From an uncultured Fibrobacterota bacterium (GTDB lineage: Bacteria > Fibrobacterota > Chitinivibrionia > Chitinivibrionales > FEN-1185): a DNA stretch of 64,000 nucleotides. The stretch lies in the NCBI GenBank assembly GCA_963753345.1, contig CAVWBU010000035.1, forward strand, positions 1-64,000, in the 5' to 3' direction. Made by a program: the position numbers and the translations under genes. Position 1 is the stretch's first letter, and each line of letters opens with the position of its first letter. Below are positions 18,650-29,304 of the stretch, in pieces. The notes under the pieces were generated by a model. It did no database searches and was not told the origin of the DNA. It saw only the letters and a list, made by a program, of their open reading frames with translations.

Positions 18650-21600
18650 ATGGCTGCCAAAAAGATTTTCCTTCGCAGCTGCACATTTGTTGTTGCGGCA
18701 TTGTTCTTGATGATAATGCGGCAGGGAGCAGGTGCAGCTACCAAATATTGGGTCGGTGGCAATGGCACATGGAATGCAACTAATGCCAATTGGTCAAGCA
18801 CTTCAGGGGGTACTGCCAATCAAACATTCGTCACGGGAGACGATGCCATTTTTGATGACACTGCCTGCGCTGTGACTGTGTCGGCGCCGAATAATCCTAA
18901 CTCTGTTACATTTAATGTCAGCGGATACTCCGTGAGCGGCAGTACCATCACCCTGAACCCGAATGGCGCCGGCACCATTAACGTCAGCGTTTCCGGAATC
19001 GCCACTATCAGCTCAGTCGTTGCGGGAAATGGAACGGTTGCCTTGAACAAAACCGGTATTGGAACTCTCACTCTTTCCGGTGCAAACACCTATACGGGGG
19101 GCACCGCTCTTTCGGCTGGACAGCTCAATATCAACAGCGCCACTGCGATCGGCACCGGAGCCATCACGTACAGCTCGGGCACGACGATAGACAACACGAG
19201 CGGGGGACCTATCACGCTAAAGAATAATGCGCAGGTCTGGAACGTGAACTTCACCTTTGCAGGTAGCAATGCCCTGAACATGGGCACGGGTGCGGTCTCG
19301 CTAGGATCTAACTGTCAAGTTACTCTCGGCGGGAGTGCCTTGACAGTTGGCGGAGTGATAAGCGGCGGCAATTCTTTGACTCAAACCGGCGCCGGCACAC
19401 TCACTCTTTCGGGCACAAACACCTTTACCGGTGGTTTTACCTTGAATGGCGGAACTCTGAATATTAACAATGCTTCTGCCTTGGGAAATGCGGCCGGGAC
19501 TTTCACCATTGCAGGCGGAACCACCATCAATAACACCACGGCCGGGGCGATCACCATGGTGAATTATCCGCAGGTTTGGAACGGAAACTTCATCTTCACC
19601 GGTACGAATGCCCTGAACATGGGCACAGGCGCGGTCTCGCTGGGGGCAAACAGCCAGGTTACCGTGAACGCCAGTGCTTTGACAGTCGGCGGACCGATAA
19701 GCGGCGGTTATTCTTTGACCCAAACGGGCGCCGGCACCCTTACTCTTTCCGGCGTGAACACCTTTACCGGCGGCTTTACGCTGAATGCCGGAACGCTCAA
19801 CATCAACAGTTCGTCGGCCTTGGGCAATGCGGCCGGGACTTTCACCATTGCAGGCGGAACCATCAATACCACGGCAGGGGCGCTCACCATGTCGAATTAT
19901 CCGCAGGTGTGGAACGGAAACTTCACCTTTACCGGTACGAATGCCCTGAGCATGGGTGCGGGCGCGGTCACACTAGGAACAAATTGCCAAGTTACTGTGA
20001 GCGCCAGTACCTTGACCGTTGGCGGCGCGATAAGCGGTGCATATTCTTTGACGAAAGCCGGCGCCGGAAACCTTACTCTCTCCGGCGCGAACACCTACAC
20101 CGGGGCGACGTCAATCAGCGCGGGAACACTGGCTGCAGGCTCAACATCTGCATTTGGCGCTAATTCTGCAGTGACATTGGCCAATATTGCGGGAGCGATT
20201 CTCAACATCACCGGTTACAACAACTCGATTGGATCACTCACTGGCGGCGGCGCAGCGGGCGGCAATGTGACTCTTGGAGCCGCCACCTTGACAGTCGGCA
20301 GTGACAATACCAGTCCGGCCGCCTATGCGGGGATTATTTCTGGCACCGGCGCCCTGATAAAGACCGGCACCGGAACCCTTGCGCTTTCCGGCGCAAACAC
20401 TTTTACCGGCGGCTTTACGCTGAATGCCGGAGCGCTTAACATCAACAATGGGTCGGCCTTGGGAACCGCGGCCGGAACTTTCACCATTGCAGGCGGAACC
20501 ACGATCGATAATACCACGACAGGGGCGATCACTCTTGTGAATCACCCGCAGGTATGGAACGGAAACTTCACCTTTACCGGTACGAATGCCCTGAACATGG
20601 GCACGGGCGCGGTCTCGCTGGGTGCAAACTGCCAGATTACCGTGAGCGCGAGCACCTTGACAGTTGGCGGATTGATAAGCGGCGGCTATTCTTTGGCGAA
20701 AGCCGGCGCCGGAACCCTTACTCTTTCGGGCGCAAACACGTTTACGGGTGGCTTTTCGTTGAATGGCGGAACGCTGAACATCAACAATGCATCCGCCTTG
20801 GGAACAACGGCCGGGACTTTCACCATTGCGGGCGGAACCACCATCAATAATACCACGGGTGGAACGGTCACCATGTCGAATTATCCGCAGGCATGGAACG
20901 GAAACTTCACCTTTACGGGTACCAATAACCTGAATATGGGTTTCGGCGCGGTCTTGCTGGGCGCAAACAGCCAGGTTTCTCTGGGCGCCAGCACCTTGAC
21001 AGTTGGCGGAGTGATAAGCGGCGGTTATTCTTTGACTCAAACCGGCGCCGGCACCCTTACCCTTTCCGGCGCAAACACCTTTTCCGGCGGCTTTACGTTG
21101 AATGCCGGAACGCTGAACATCAACAGTTCGTCAGCTTTGGGTACGACAGCCGGGACGTTCACGATTGCGGGTGGAACCATCAATACCACGGCTGGGGCGA
21201 TCACCATGGTGAATTATCCGCAGGTCTGGAATGGTGACTTCACCTTTACCGGTGCGAATGCCCTGAACATGGGTACGGGCGCGGTTACACTGGGCGCTAA
21301 CCGCCAGGTTACTGTAGGCGCCAGCACCTTGACTGTTGGCGGTTTGGTAAGCGGCGGCTATTCTTTGAGTAAGGCCGGCGTAGGAACCCTTACTCTTTCC
21401 GGTGCAAACGCGTTTACGGGCGGCTTTACGCTGAATGCCGGAACGCTCAACATCAACAATACATCGGCTTTGGGAACATCTGCCGGGACTTTCACCGTTG
21501 CAGGCGGAACCACCATCAATAATACCACGGGCGGAGCGATCACCATGTCGAATTATCCGCAGGCGTGGAACGGCAACTTCACCTTTGCCGGTGCAAATGC

Positions 21601-24600
21601 ACTGAACATGGGTATGGGCGCGGTTTTACTGGGCACAAACTGCCAGGTTACGGTGAGCGGGAATACCTTGACACTTGGCGGAGCGGTAAGCGGCAGCTAT
21701 TCTTTGACTAAAGCCGGTGCAGGAACTCTTACTCTTTCCGGCGTGAACACCTTTACCGGCGGCTTTACGCTGAATGCCGGAACGCTCAACATCAACAGTT
21801 CGTCGGCCTTGGGCGATGCGGCCGGGACTTTCACCATTGCGGGTGGAACCATCAATACCACGGCAGGGGCGCTCACCATGTCGAATTATCCGCAGGCATG
21901 GAACGCGAATTTCACCTTTACCGGTACGAATGCCCTGAACATGGGCACGGGCGCGGTCACACTTGGCGCAAACTGCCAGGTTACTGCAGGCGCCAGCACC
22001 TTGACAGTTGGCGGCGCGATAAGCGGTGCATATTCTTTGACGAAAGCCGGCGCTGGGAACCTCACTCTCTCCGGCGCGAACACCTACACCGGGGCGACGA
22101 CAATCAGCGCGGGAACTCTGGCTGCAGGCTCAACATCCGCATTTGGTAACAATTCTGCGGTGACGCTGGCTAGTACTGCGGGAGCGGTTCTCAACATCAC
22201 CGGTTACAACAACTCGATTGGATCACTCACAGGCGGCGGCGCAGCCGGCGGCAACGTTACCCTTGGAGCCGCCACCTTGACAATCGGCAGTGACAATACC
22301 AGTCCGGCCGCCTATGCGGGGATTATTTCTGGCACCGGCGCCCTGATAAAGACCGGCACTGGAACCCTGACTCTTTCCGGCGCGAACACCTACACCGGCG
22401 CAACCACAATCAGCGGTGGCATACTGTTGGTCAACGGCTCGACTGCTTTGGGGAGCGCGGTAACGGTTCAAAGTGGAAGCACCCTAGGCGGCACCGGCGC
22501 GGTGAATGGCGCCGTTACAGTCAGCAACGGCGGTACCATTGAGCCGACTTTGAGCGGCAGCACAGGAACCTTGACCTTGTCAAATGCCACAGGTCCTGCT
22601 TTCAATGCCACTTCCACTTTGAAGATCAGAGCACCTTCGAGCACCCCAGATATGGTTTACCTCAGCAATGCGGGCGCGATTTTCACTGCCACCAATGTTC
22701 CACTGGTCATCGATGTCACCGGACTCTCCGGACCGGTAAGCGGAGTCACTATCGTGCAAGTTGCCAAGCCCGCAGGCGGCATCAGCGGCACCTTTTCGTC
22801 CGTCACAGCGGGCGGCTGCTATACTCCTACCGTTCACTACAATGCGACATCAATTACAGCGGATCTGAATTTGGCTCCTACGATTACCGCGAATCCTTCA
22901 AATGCCGGCGTCATTTCCGGACAAACTGCAACATTCTCTGTTGCGGCAACCGGCACTGGAACATTGAGCTATCAATGGTACAAGAACAGCACACTTATTA
23001 CGAGTGGAGCGACCGCGGCAACGTACACAACGCCCACGACGACGCCAGGTGATAGTGGGTCGATCTATTATTGCATGGTCACTAATACTTGCTCACCTGG
23101 CTCTGCTACCTCGACATCAACATCAGCAACCCTTACGGTATACACACCTCCTTCAATCACCACGCAACCTACAAATCAGAGTACCACGGCAGGATTAACG
23201 GCGACGTTTACAGTTGCGGCAACGGGCAGCGGAACGCTGGCGTATCAGTGGTACAAGAATTCCGCCGCCATAGCCGGCGCCACCTCGGCTTCGTACACCA
23301 CGCCGGCGACAAGCACGAACGACAACGGTGCCGCATTCTACTGTGTGGTGACCAGCTCGTACGGGTCCGCCACGTCAGCAAGCGCAACACTTACGGTGGT
23401 GCCTCTATCGGCGCCGACACTTTCTTCTCCTGCCAGCGGGGCGACCGGTGTAGCGCTCAACCCGAGTTTATCGTGGGGAAGTGTGACGAATGCATCTTCT
23501 TATGACCTCCAAGTGTCCTTATCTTCCAATTTTTCTTCAACGGTATATGACCAGGCCGGTCTCACTTCAACGTCTCAGGCCATGACAGGAATAACCTCCA
23601 ACAACACGACATATTACTGGAGAGTCAATGCCTCTGATGCCGGAGCAACGAGTTCTTGGTCGATTGCATCGAATTTTACGACCATTGTAGCGGCGCCGGC
23701 AGCTCCAGCGCTCGCTTCTCCATCCACAGGAGCAAACACGCTGCCCAGTCCGACTTTGTCTTGGGCTGCCTCGGCGGGTGCAACGTCCTACGAACTTCAA
23801 GTATCCACATCATCTGATTTTTCATCAATTGTCTACGATCAATCGGGTCTCACTTCAACGTCTCAGGGAGTGACAGGTGTGGCCACGAACAACACCGTTT
23901 ATTACTGGAGAGTGAACGCCACAAATGCGGGCGGGACAAGCGGATGGTCTTCTGCTTGGAACTTTACCGTGATTTATTTGCCAACGGTGCCGGCCCTCGT
24001 GTCTCCCGCCAACGGCGCCACAGGGGTGTCCGTAAGTCCGGCCCTGTCCTGGACAAGCGCGACAGGCGCTGCTTCTTATCGTCTCCAGATCTTTTCCGAC
24101 CCGGCTCTTTCTACGCTGGCCTATCAGAAGGACAGCATCAGCGGCACAGCCTGGACGGTGGCCGTCAGCTTGCTGAACAATACTCAGTACTACTGGCGCG
24201 TGGGTGCGAAGAACGCGGGCGGTTACAGCGGGTATTCCGACACGTTCAACTTCTCGACGATAGTCGCCAAGCCGTCGGTGCCGGCCCTTGTGTCCCCTGC
24301 AAATGGCGCCACAGGGGTATCGGTAAGTCCTGCCCTCACCTGGACAAGCGCGACCGGGGCCACGACGTATCGGCTCCAGATTGCCACTGCGCCTACGTTT
24401 GCTTCGCTGGTATACCAGAAGGACAGCATTGCTGGCACGACGTGGCCGGTTGCCACAAGCCTGTTGAACAATACACAGTACTACTGGCGCGTGGGCGCGA
24501 AGAACGCGGGCGGATACAGCGGGTATTCTGACACTTTCAACTTTACGACCATAGTCGCCGCCCCGGCCATGCCAACACTTTCTTCTCCATCCAACGGGGC

Positions 24601-26308
24601 AACAGGTGTTTCGCCTAACCAGATTTTGACCTGGAGCAATGTTTCAGGCGCATCGTCTTATGAACTTCAGGTCTCCACAGTCTCCGGTTTTTCGTCAACA
24701 GTCTATGATCAATCCGGTCTCACTTCGACATCCCAGCAAGTGGCCGGATTGTCAAATAACACGGTTTACTACTGGAGAGTTGACGCCACCAATGCCGGAG
24801 GCACAGGGCCGTGGGCAACTGCATGGAATTTTACCACGGTCATTGGCGCCCCGCCGGCGCCGACGGTGTCCTCTCCGACAAACGGAGCAACAGGAATTTC
24901 TACCAGTCCAACGCTCACCTGGAATGCGTCGACCGGTGCAGCATCGTACGGGTTGCAGATATCAACAGTCCCTGATTTCTCGTCTACTATCTACAGTTTT
25001 GCCGGTCTTACTGGAACTTCCCAGCACATAACGGGGCTGTTGAACAATACGACGTACTACTGGCAGGTAAATGCCGTCAACGCCGGGGGCGCGAGTTCCT
25101 GGTCTGCCGCGGCAGATTTTACGACCGTGCCGCCGCAATCGGTAATTGCCGGCCCGGGGTGGAACATGGTCTCGTTTAACATGCAGCCGGTCGATTCCTC
25201 ATGCGCTGCGATATTCGGAAGTCTGCGGGGCATCGTGCTTGTCAAGAACAACAGCGGACAGATCTACTGGCCTTTCTACAGCGTCAATACGATAGGAAGC
25301 GTGGCAACCGGTCAGGCATACCAGGTCTACACGGACACGCTTGACACGATAGCCGTGCCGGGCATGCCCTGCAATGTGGCGACGACGCCCATTTCGCTTG
25401 GAGCAGGGTGGAACATGTTCGCCTATTTGCCGCAGTCCTCCATGAACATTACAACCGCTTTAGCGGGCATAACTTCCCAGATAACCATAGTAAAGGACAA
25501 CAGCGGCAATGTTTATTGGCCCGAGTATTCGATAAACAATATCGGCAGCATGAACCCGGGCCAAGGGTACATGAGCTACATGAACCAGGCGGCCACGCTC
25601 ACGTATCCGGGCGGAAGCCTGCCAAAGAAGTCGGTGATTACAGAAAAGACAATCGCACTTCCTCTGGCCAAGCATTATGCGTTCAGCAGGAACACCGGCG
25701 CCAATGCCACGGTGCTGGCGACTGGTGTGTTGTTGAACGGCAGGCCGGTCCCGGACGGCTCAGAGGTTGCGGCCTTTGACGTCAAGGGCAATCTCGTCGG
25801 GTCAGGGGTCGTCTTGAATGGCGTGACTGCGTTCTCGGTATGGGGCAAAGATCCCCAAACGAAGGTCAAGGACGGGCTTGCGGAAGGGGAAGACATGATT
25901 CTGAAACTGTGGGATGGTGCAAAGCAGTATCCTCTGGAATTCAGCGGAACCGGGTCGAAGTCACTTGCAAAAATGACCTACAACGGGAATGCAATATTCC
26001 TTGGAAGACTCTCGGTTCCGAGTTCCTATTTTATCAAGCAGTTCGCGTTGCACGGCACATGTTCGGGCCTTAACGGACAGATAAAAATCATGTTTGACGT
26101 GCCGTATGATAACAAGAGCACGCATAATGTGGCCATCAACCTCTTTGACGTAAGCGGACGTTTGGTGCGCCGGATTGCTTCCGGAGAGTACTCTGCCGGG
26201 CAGTTCACCGTGACGTGGAATGCCTCGACGGCCGGCGCAGGGATGTATATCGTGCAGTTGAAGGCTGAAAGTTTTGACACTAAGGTGCGGTTGATGATTG
26301 TCAGATAA
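18650..26308 (+). CDS. Giant secreted/surface protein: autotransporter-associated beta-strand (PATR) repeats, 2 Ig-like and ~6 Fn3-like domains, C-terminal sorting-like domain
   Basis: GGGGAGG SD with ATG at 18650 and signal peptide. 'GAGTLTLSGANTFTGG' repeats; 'F.VAATG.GTL.YQWYKN' Ig domains; 'P.L.SPANGATGV...W..YYWRV' Fn3 domains; C-terminal 'FDVSGRLVR....G..W...G.Y'. Confidence 0.9.
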   Translation: MAAKKIFLRSCTFVVAALFLMIMRQGAGAATKYWVGGNGTWNATNANWSSTSGGTANQTFVTGDDAIFDDTACAVTVSAPNNPNSVTFNVSGYSVSGSTITLNPNGAGTINVSVSGIATISSVVAGNGTVALNKTGIGTLTLSGANTYTGGTALSAGQLNINSATAIGTGAITYSSGTTIDNTSGGPITLKNNAQVWNVNFTFAGSNALNMGTGAVSLGSNCQVTLGGSALTVGGVISGGNSLTQTGAGTLTLSGTNTFTGGFTLNGGTLNINNASALGNAAGTFTIAGGTTINNTTAGAITMVNYPQVWNGNFIFTGTNALNMGTGAVSLGANSQVTVNASALTVGGPISGGYSLTQTGAGTLTLSGVNTFTGGFTLNAGTLNINSSSALGNAAGTFTIAGGTINTTAGALTMSNYPQVWNGNFTFTGTNALSMGAGAVTLGTNCQVTVSASTLTVGGAISGAYSLTKAGAGNLTLSGANTYTGATSISAGTLAAGSTSAFGANSAVTLANIAGAILNITGYNNSIGSLTGGGAAGGNVTLGAATLTVGSDNTSPAAYAGIISGTGALIKTGTGTLALSGANTFTGGFTLNAGALNINNGSALGTAAGTFTIAGGTTIDNTTTGAITLVNHPQVWNGNFTFTGTNALNMGTGAVSLGANCQITVSASTLTVGGLISGGYSLAKAGAGTLTLSGANTFTGGFSLNGGTLNINNASALGTTAGTFTIAGGTTINNTTGGTVTMSNYPQAWNGNFTFTGTNNLNMGFGAVLLGANSQVSLGASTLTVGGVISGGYSLTQTGAGTLTLSGANTFSGGFTLNAGTLNINSSSALGTTAGTFTIAGGTINTTAGAITMVNYPQVWNGDFTFTGANALNMGTGAVTLGANRQVTVGASTLTVGGLVSGGYSLSKAGVGTLTLSGANAFTGGFTLNAGTLNINNTSALGTSAGTFTVAGGTTINNTTGGAITMSNYPQAWNGNFTFAGANALNMGMGAVLLGTNCQVTVSGNTLTLGGAVSGSYSLTKAGAGTLTLSGVNTFTGGFTLNAGTLNINSSSALGDAAGTFTIAGGTINTTAGALTMSNYPQAWNANFTFTGTNALNMGTGAVTLGANCQVTAGASTLTVGGAISGAYSLTKAGAGNLTLSGANTYTGATTISAGTLAAGSTSAFGNNSAVTLASTAGAVLNITGYNNSIGSLTGGGAAGGNVTLGAATLTIGSDNTSPAAYAGIISGTGALIKTGTGTLTLSGANTYTGATTISGGILLVNGSTALGSAVTVQSGSTLGGTGAVNGAVTVSNGGTIEPTLSGSTGTLTLSNATGPAFNATSTLKIRAPSSTPDMVYLSNAGAIFTATNVPLVIDVTGLSGPVSGVTIVQVAKPAGGISGTFSSVTAGGCYTPTVHYNATSITADLNLAPTITANPSNAGVISGQTATFSVAATGTGTLSYQWYKNSTLITSGATAATYTTPTTTPGDSGSIYYCMVTNTCSPGSATSTSTSATLTVYTPPSITTQPTNQSTTAGLTATFTVAATGSGTLAYQWYKNSAAIAGATSASYTTPATSTNDNGAAFYCVVTSSYGSATSASATLTVVPLSAPTLSSPASGATGVALNPSLSWGSVTNASSYDLQVSLSSNFSSTVYDQAGLTSTSQAMTGITSNNTTYYWRVNASDAGATSSWSIASNFTTIVAAPAAPALASPSTGANTLPSPTLSWAASAGATSYELQVSTSSDFSSIVYDQSGLTSTSQGVTGVATNNTVYYWRVNATNAGGTSGWSSAWNFTVIYLPTVPALVSPANGATGVSVSPALSWTSATGAASYRLQIFSDPALSTLAYQKDSISGTAWTVAVSLLNNTQYYWRVGAKNAGGYSGYSDTFNFSTIVAKPSVPALVSPANGATGVSVSPALTWTSATGATTYRLQIATAPTFASLVYQKDSIAGTTWPVATSLLNNTQYYWRVGAKNAGGYSGYSDTFNFTTIVAAPAMPTLSSPSNGATGVSPNQILTWSNVSGASSYELQVSTVSGFSSTVYDQSGLTSTSQQVAGLSNNTVYYWRVDATNAGGTGPWATAWNFTTVIGAPPAPTVSSPTNGATGISTSPTLTWNASTGAASYGLQISTVPDFSSTIYSFAGLTGTSQHITGLLNNTTYYWQVNAVNAGGASSWSAAADFTTVPPQSVIAGPGWNMVSFNMQPVDSSCAAIFGSLRGIVLVKNNSGQIYWPFYSVNTIGSVATGQAYQVYTDTLDTIAVPGMPCNVATTPISLGAGWNMFAYLPQSSMNITTALAGITSQITIVKDNSGNVYWPEYSINNIGSMNPGQGYMSYMNQAATLTYPGGSLPKKSVITEKTIALPLAKHYAFSRNTGANATVLATGVLLNGRPVPDGSEVAAFDVKGNLVGSGVVLNGVTAFSVWGKDPQTKVKDGLAEGEDMILKLWDGAKQYPLEFSGTGSKSLAKMTYNGNAIFLGRLSVPSSYFIKQFALHGTCSGLNGQIKIMFDVPYDNKSTHNVAINLFDVSGRLVRRIASGEYSAGQFTVTWNASTAGAGMYIVQLKAESFDTKVRLMIVR

Positions 26309-26390
26309 GAAGAGAAGTCCTGTTCTCGCGCTCTTTGAGAAGAGCGTTTGCCAAGAAGAATAGAACAGTCCCAAAGCCCGGAGGAATTTC

Positions 26391-27608
26391 ATGACATTTT
26401 CAAGAGTCAGAAGAACTTTTGCGCGCAGCGCGGCAATCATGTCCCTGATTATGGCCGGGACTGTTTACAGCCAGACCCATTTTACTTTCACCACGAACAC
26501 GGGGAACAACATGACGGTGCTGGTCCAGGCATCAATCAATCCAATGGTGGGTGGAGCCGCCATTGCTACCGGCGACGAAATTGGAGTATTTGACGGCAGC
26601 TTGTGCGTGGGCGCCAGCGTGTGGACGGGAAGCAATATCGCCATAACAGTCTGGGGGCAAAACACCCAGACCACGACAATCGACGGCGCCACTGTGGGAG
26701 ATACCCTCAGATACAGGGTTTGGCACGTCTCAACCTCCCAGGAGATTCCTGCCACCGTTTCCTATGCATCAGGCGGACCAACATATTCAGTCAATGGAAT
26801 TGTTATTCTATCGAGTTTGGTCGCAAATGTCTATACGGTAACCTACGCCGGCAACGGGAGTACCGGCGGCACCGTGCCTACTGACGCGAACAGCTACCCG
26901 CAGGGAGCCACGGTCACCGTGCTTGGCAATATGGGAAGCCTTGCCAAGACCGGTCTTACCTTTTCCGGTTGGAACACGGCTGCCAACGGAAGCGGAACAA
27001 GCTACGCCGCTCCCGCAACTTTCTCCATGGGAACGGCGAATGTGACCCTTTATGCGCAGTGGAGCATAACCGCTTTTACGCTTTCATTGGCGCATGTCAT
27101 TGGAACCGCCGCTCCGGTTGCCGACAGAGACACGACGGTCAATTACGGGGACACGATGCGGGCAACCGCTCCCGCTATATCCGGAGCCATTTTTGTGGTA
27201 TGGAGAATTACCGCCGGGACAGCCGTGCTGGTCGATTCAACCGCCCAGCCCGCAAAAGTGGTTCTTACCAGCGGCAATGCAACGCTGACGGCGGTCTACG
27301 ATGCAGCGAGCAGAGTTTTAAACAGAAGGAATTCTCTGCCCACCTCATTCGATTTTTCCTACAATGCCGGGCTATCCAGCATCCGAATAGCTGTGCCGTG
27401 CATTGCCGGATATTCCAGCGTTACAGTGCGGGTCTGTCTTTTCGATGCGAGAGGGCGTCTTGTATCGATTCTTGTGGATAGGGAAATGCAAGCGGGTTAT
27501 CATGACCTGAGGTTGAATGAAGGAAATAGTGCGATGCCGGTTTGGGGTATTTGCAGAATGGATGCAAAGGGTTTCAGCAGGACGGTGAAGGTGATGTGTG
27601 TGAAGTAA
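26391..27608 (+). CDS. Secreted protein with InlB B-repeat (Listeria/Bacteroides repeat) and C-terminal sorting-like domain
   Basis: 'YTVTYAGNGSTGGTVP...F.GWNTAANGSGTSY...NVTLYAQW'; FDARGRLV tail. Confidence 0.82.
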   Translation: MTFSRVRRTFARSAAIMSLIMAGTVYSQTHFTFTTNTGNNMTVLVQASINPMVGGAAIATGDEIGVFDGSLCVGASVWTGSNIAITVWGQNTQTTTIDGATVGDTLRYRVWHVSTSQEIPATVSYASGGPTYSVNGIVILSSLVANVYTVTYAGNGSTGGTVPTDANSYPQGATVTVLGNMGSLAKTGLTFSGWNTAANGSGTSYAAPATFSMGTANVTLYAQWSITAFTLSLAHVIGTAAPVADRDTTVNYGDTMRATAPAISGAIFVVWRITAGTAVLVDSTAQPAKVVLTSGNATLTAVYDAASRVLNRRNSLPTSFDFSYNAGLSSIRIAVPCIAGYSSVTVRVCLFDARGRLVSILVDREMQAGYHDLRLNEGNSAMPVWGICRMDAKGFSRTVKVMCVK

Positions 27609-27804
27609 CATCAACACCTTTCCGACCCCAGGCAAGACCCTGAGACACTGATAAAAGGTGGAGGTTCACTAGAACCCACAAAAAATTCCTAAAGTAAATG
27701 ATGCGGGAAAGGGAAGAATACAAATCGGTTCAACCGGGCGAATCCAACATGGCAGGTATGACGGCTTGTCAAGCAGCACAGAGCGAGACGTTGTTGCGTG
27801 GTTC

Positions 27805-29293
27805 TCAGCCCTGCCGCTTGCCCGCAGAAAGCCTGCACATCACCCACGCAACCAGCGCCCGCAGCAAAAATACTCCCGAATATTTTTCAAACAGCCTCAT
27901 CACCACATACCCCCGCCACAACGGCTGTTTGGAGAAGAACACGCTCATCACGAGCCGCACCGGCAGAAGGATGAACGCGCCTTCGTCGAACATGAAAAAA
28001 TTGTGGTGCCATGCAACGGCGACCGAAGCGAGCGCCTTGAGTTTCTTCAAGGTGAGCCGTCCGGGCTGATAGGCAACGGGCCGAAGGAAGTTGTCGTCCG
28101 GGGGCCGCTTGTTTTCGACCGTCCACGATTTCGGCAATGGGCGCGCCGTTGTAAACGCGGATACCGACGCCGATGCTCACAAGATCGAGCGGCGAAGCGG
28201 TGCGGGAAATGTTTGAGAACGTCTCCCGGACGGTATCAACGGTTTCGCCCGGCGCGCCGACAAGAAGGTACCATATCACGGGTATGCGGGTCTTATGGAT
28301 TATATTCGCGGCAGCCTTGACGTCGTCCACGGTGAAATTCTTTGCAAGTGATTCCAGCATGGGCCCGCTCATTGCCTCAATGCCGAAGCAGACCTCGATG
28401 AACCCAGCCCTTTTTAAAAGCCCGGCAAGCTCGTTATCCATAGACCTCGGATTGAGTCCCATGGTCAACAAGCGCAGTTTCAGGCCGCGGGAAATGATTT
28501 CCGCGAGCACCGCCTTGGCGTGGTCGAGCGGCACGTTGAAGGTACTGTCGACAATTTCAACAGTGCGAATACCCGTGGAGGTAACGAAATCCTCTATTTC
28601 GTCCGCCACGGCCGCCGGAGAGCGCAGACGGTAGGCGCGGCCTTCGATGCGGTTGTAGGTGCAATAGGTGCACCTAAGCGCGCAGCCGCGCTTGGTCTGG
28701 ACGGAAAATGGCGTATTGTACAGTTTGTAAAGGCCCAGGTTGAGGTATCGCTGCGGCCGCGCCACAGGAAGGCTGTCGAGGTTGTCGGCGAAATCCGGGG
28801 CGTTGACTTCAATGACGGCGCCGCTATGCCGTATAACGAGGCCCGGCAGGCCGCTTACGCTCTGCCCCGCCTGCATGCGCTGCGCAAACGCGCACATCGC
28901 GCTTTCGCCGTCGCCCTGCACGGCATACTCGCAGTCGAAATACGAAAGCAGCTCCGGACCGTTGATGCCGGCCGTCGCCCCTCCCAGCACAATGGGCCCC
29001 GCAAACGCCCGTTTGAGCGGGACAATCATATCTGTTTTTATTCTGTCAAGCATGAAGGCGGGGCGGATGCCGTTGGCCGTGTCGAGGTTGCGGACTCCCA
29101 CGCCCGTCACGTCCGGCGAAAAAGAAGCGACCGCCGCGACGATGTCGCGTCCCGGGCTCGCGGAAAAGCACAGGTCAAGCACGCGCACTTCGTGGCCCGC
29201 GGCCTCGAGCGAAGCAGCCACCGAGCACAGTCCAACGGGCATGACCGGAAACGGGACCTTGCACCTGTTGGTGTTGATGAGAAGAATGCGCAT
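27805..29293 (-). CDS. B12-binding radical SAM protein (frameshift at ~28130)
   Basis: P.GL..VAA.L..AGHEV..LD B12-binding domain; QTKRGCALRCTYC. Removing one A joins it to 'SWTVENKRPPDDNFLRPVAY' of ORF 27805..28137. Confidence 0.88.
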
Positions 29294-29304
29294 CAGGAAA
29301 GGGC

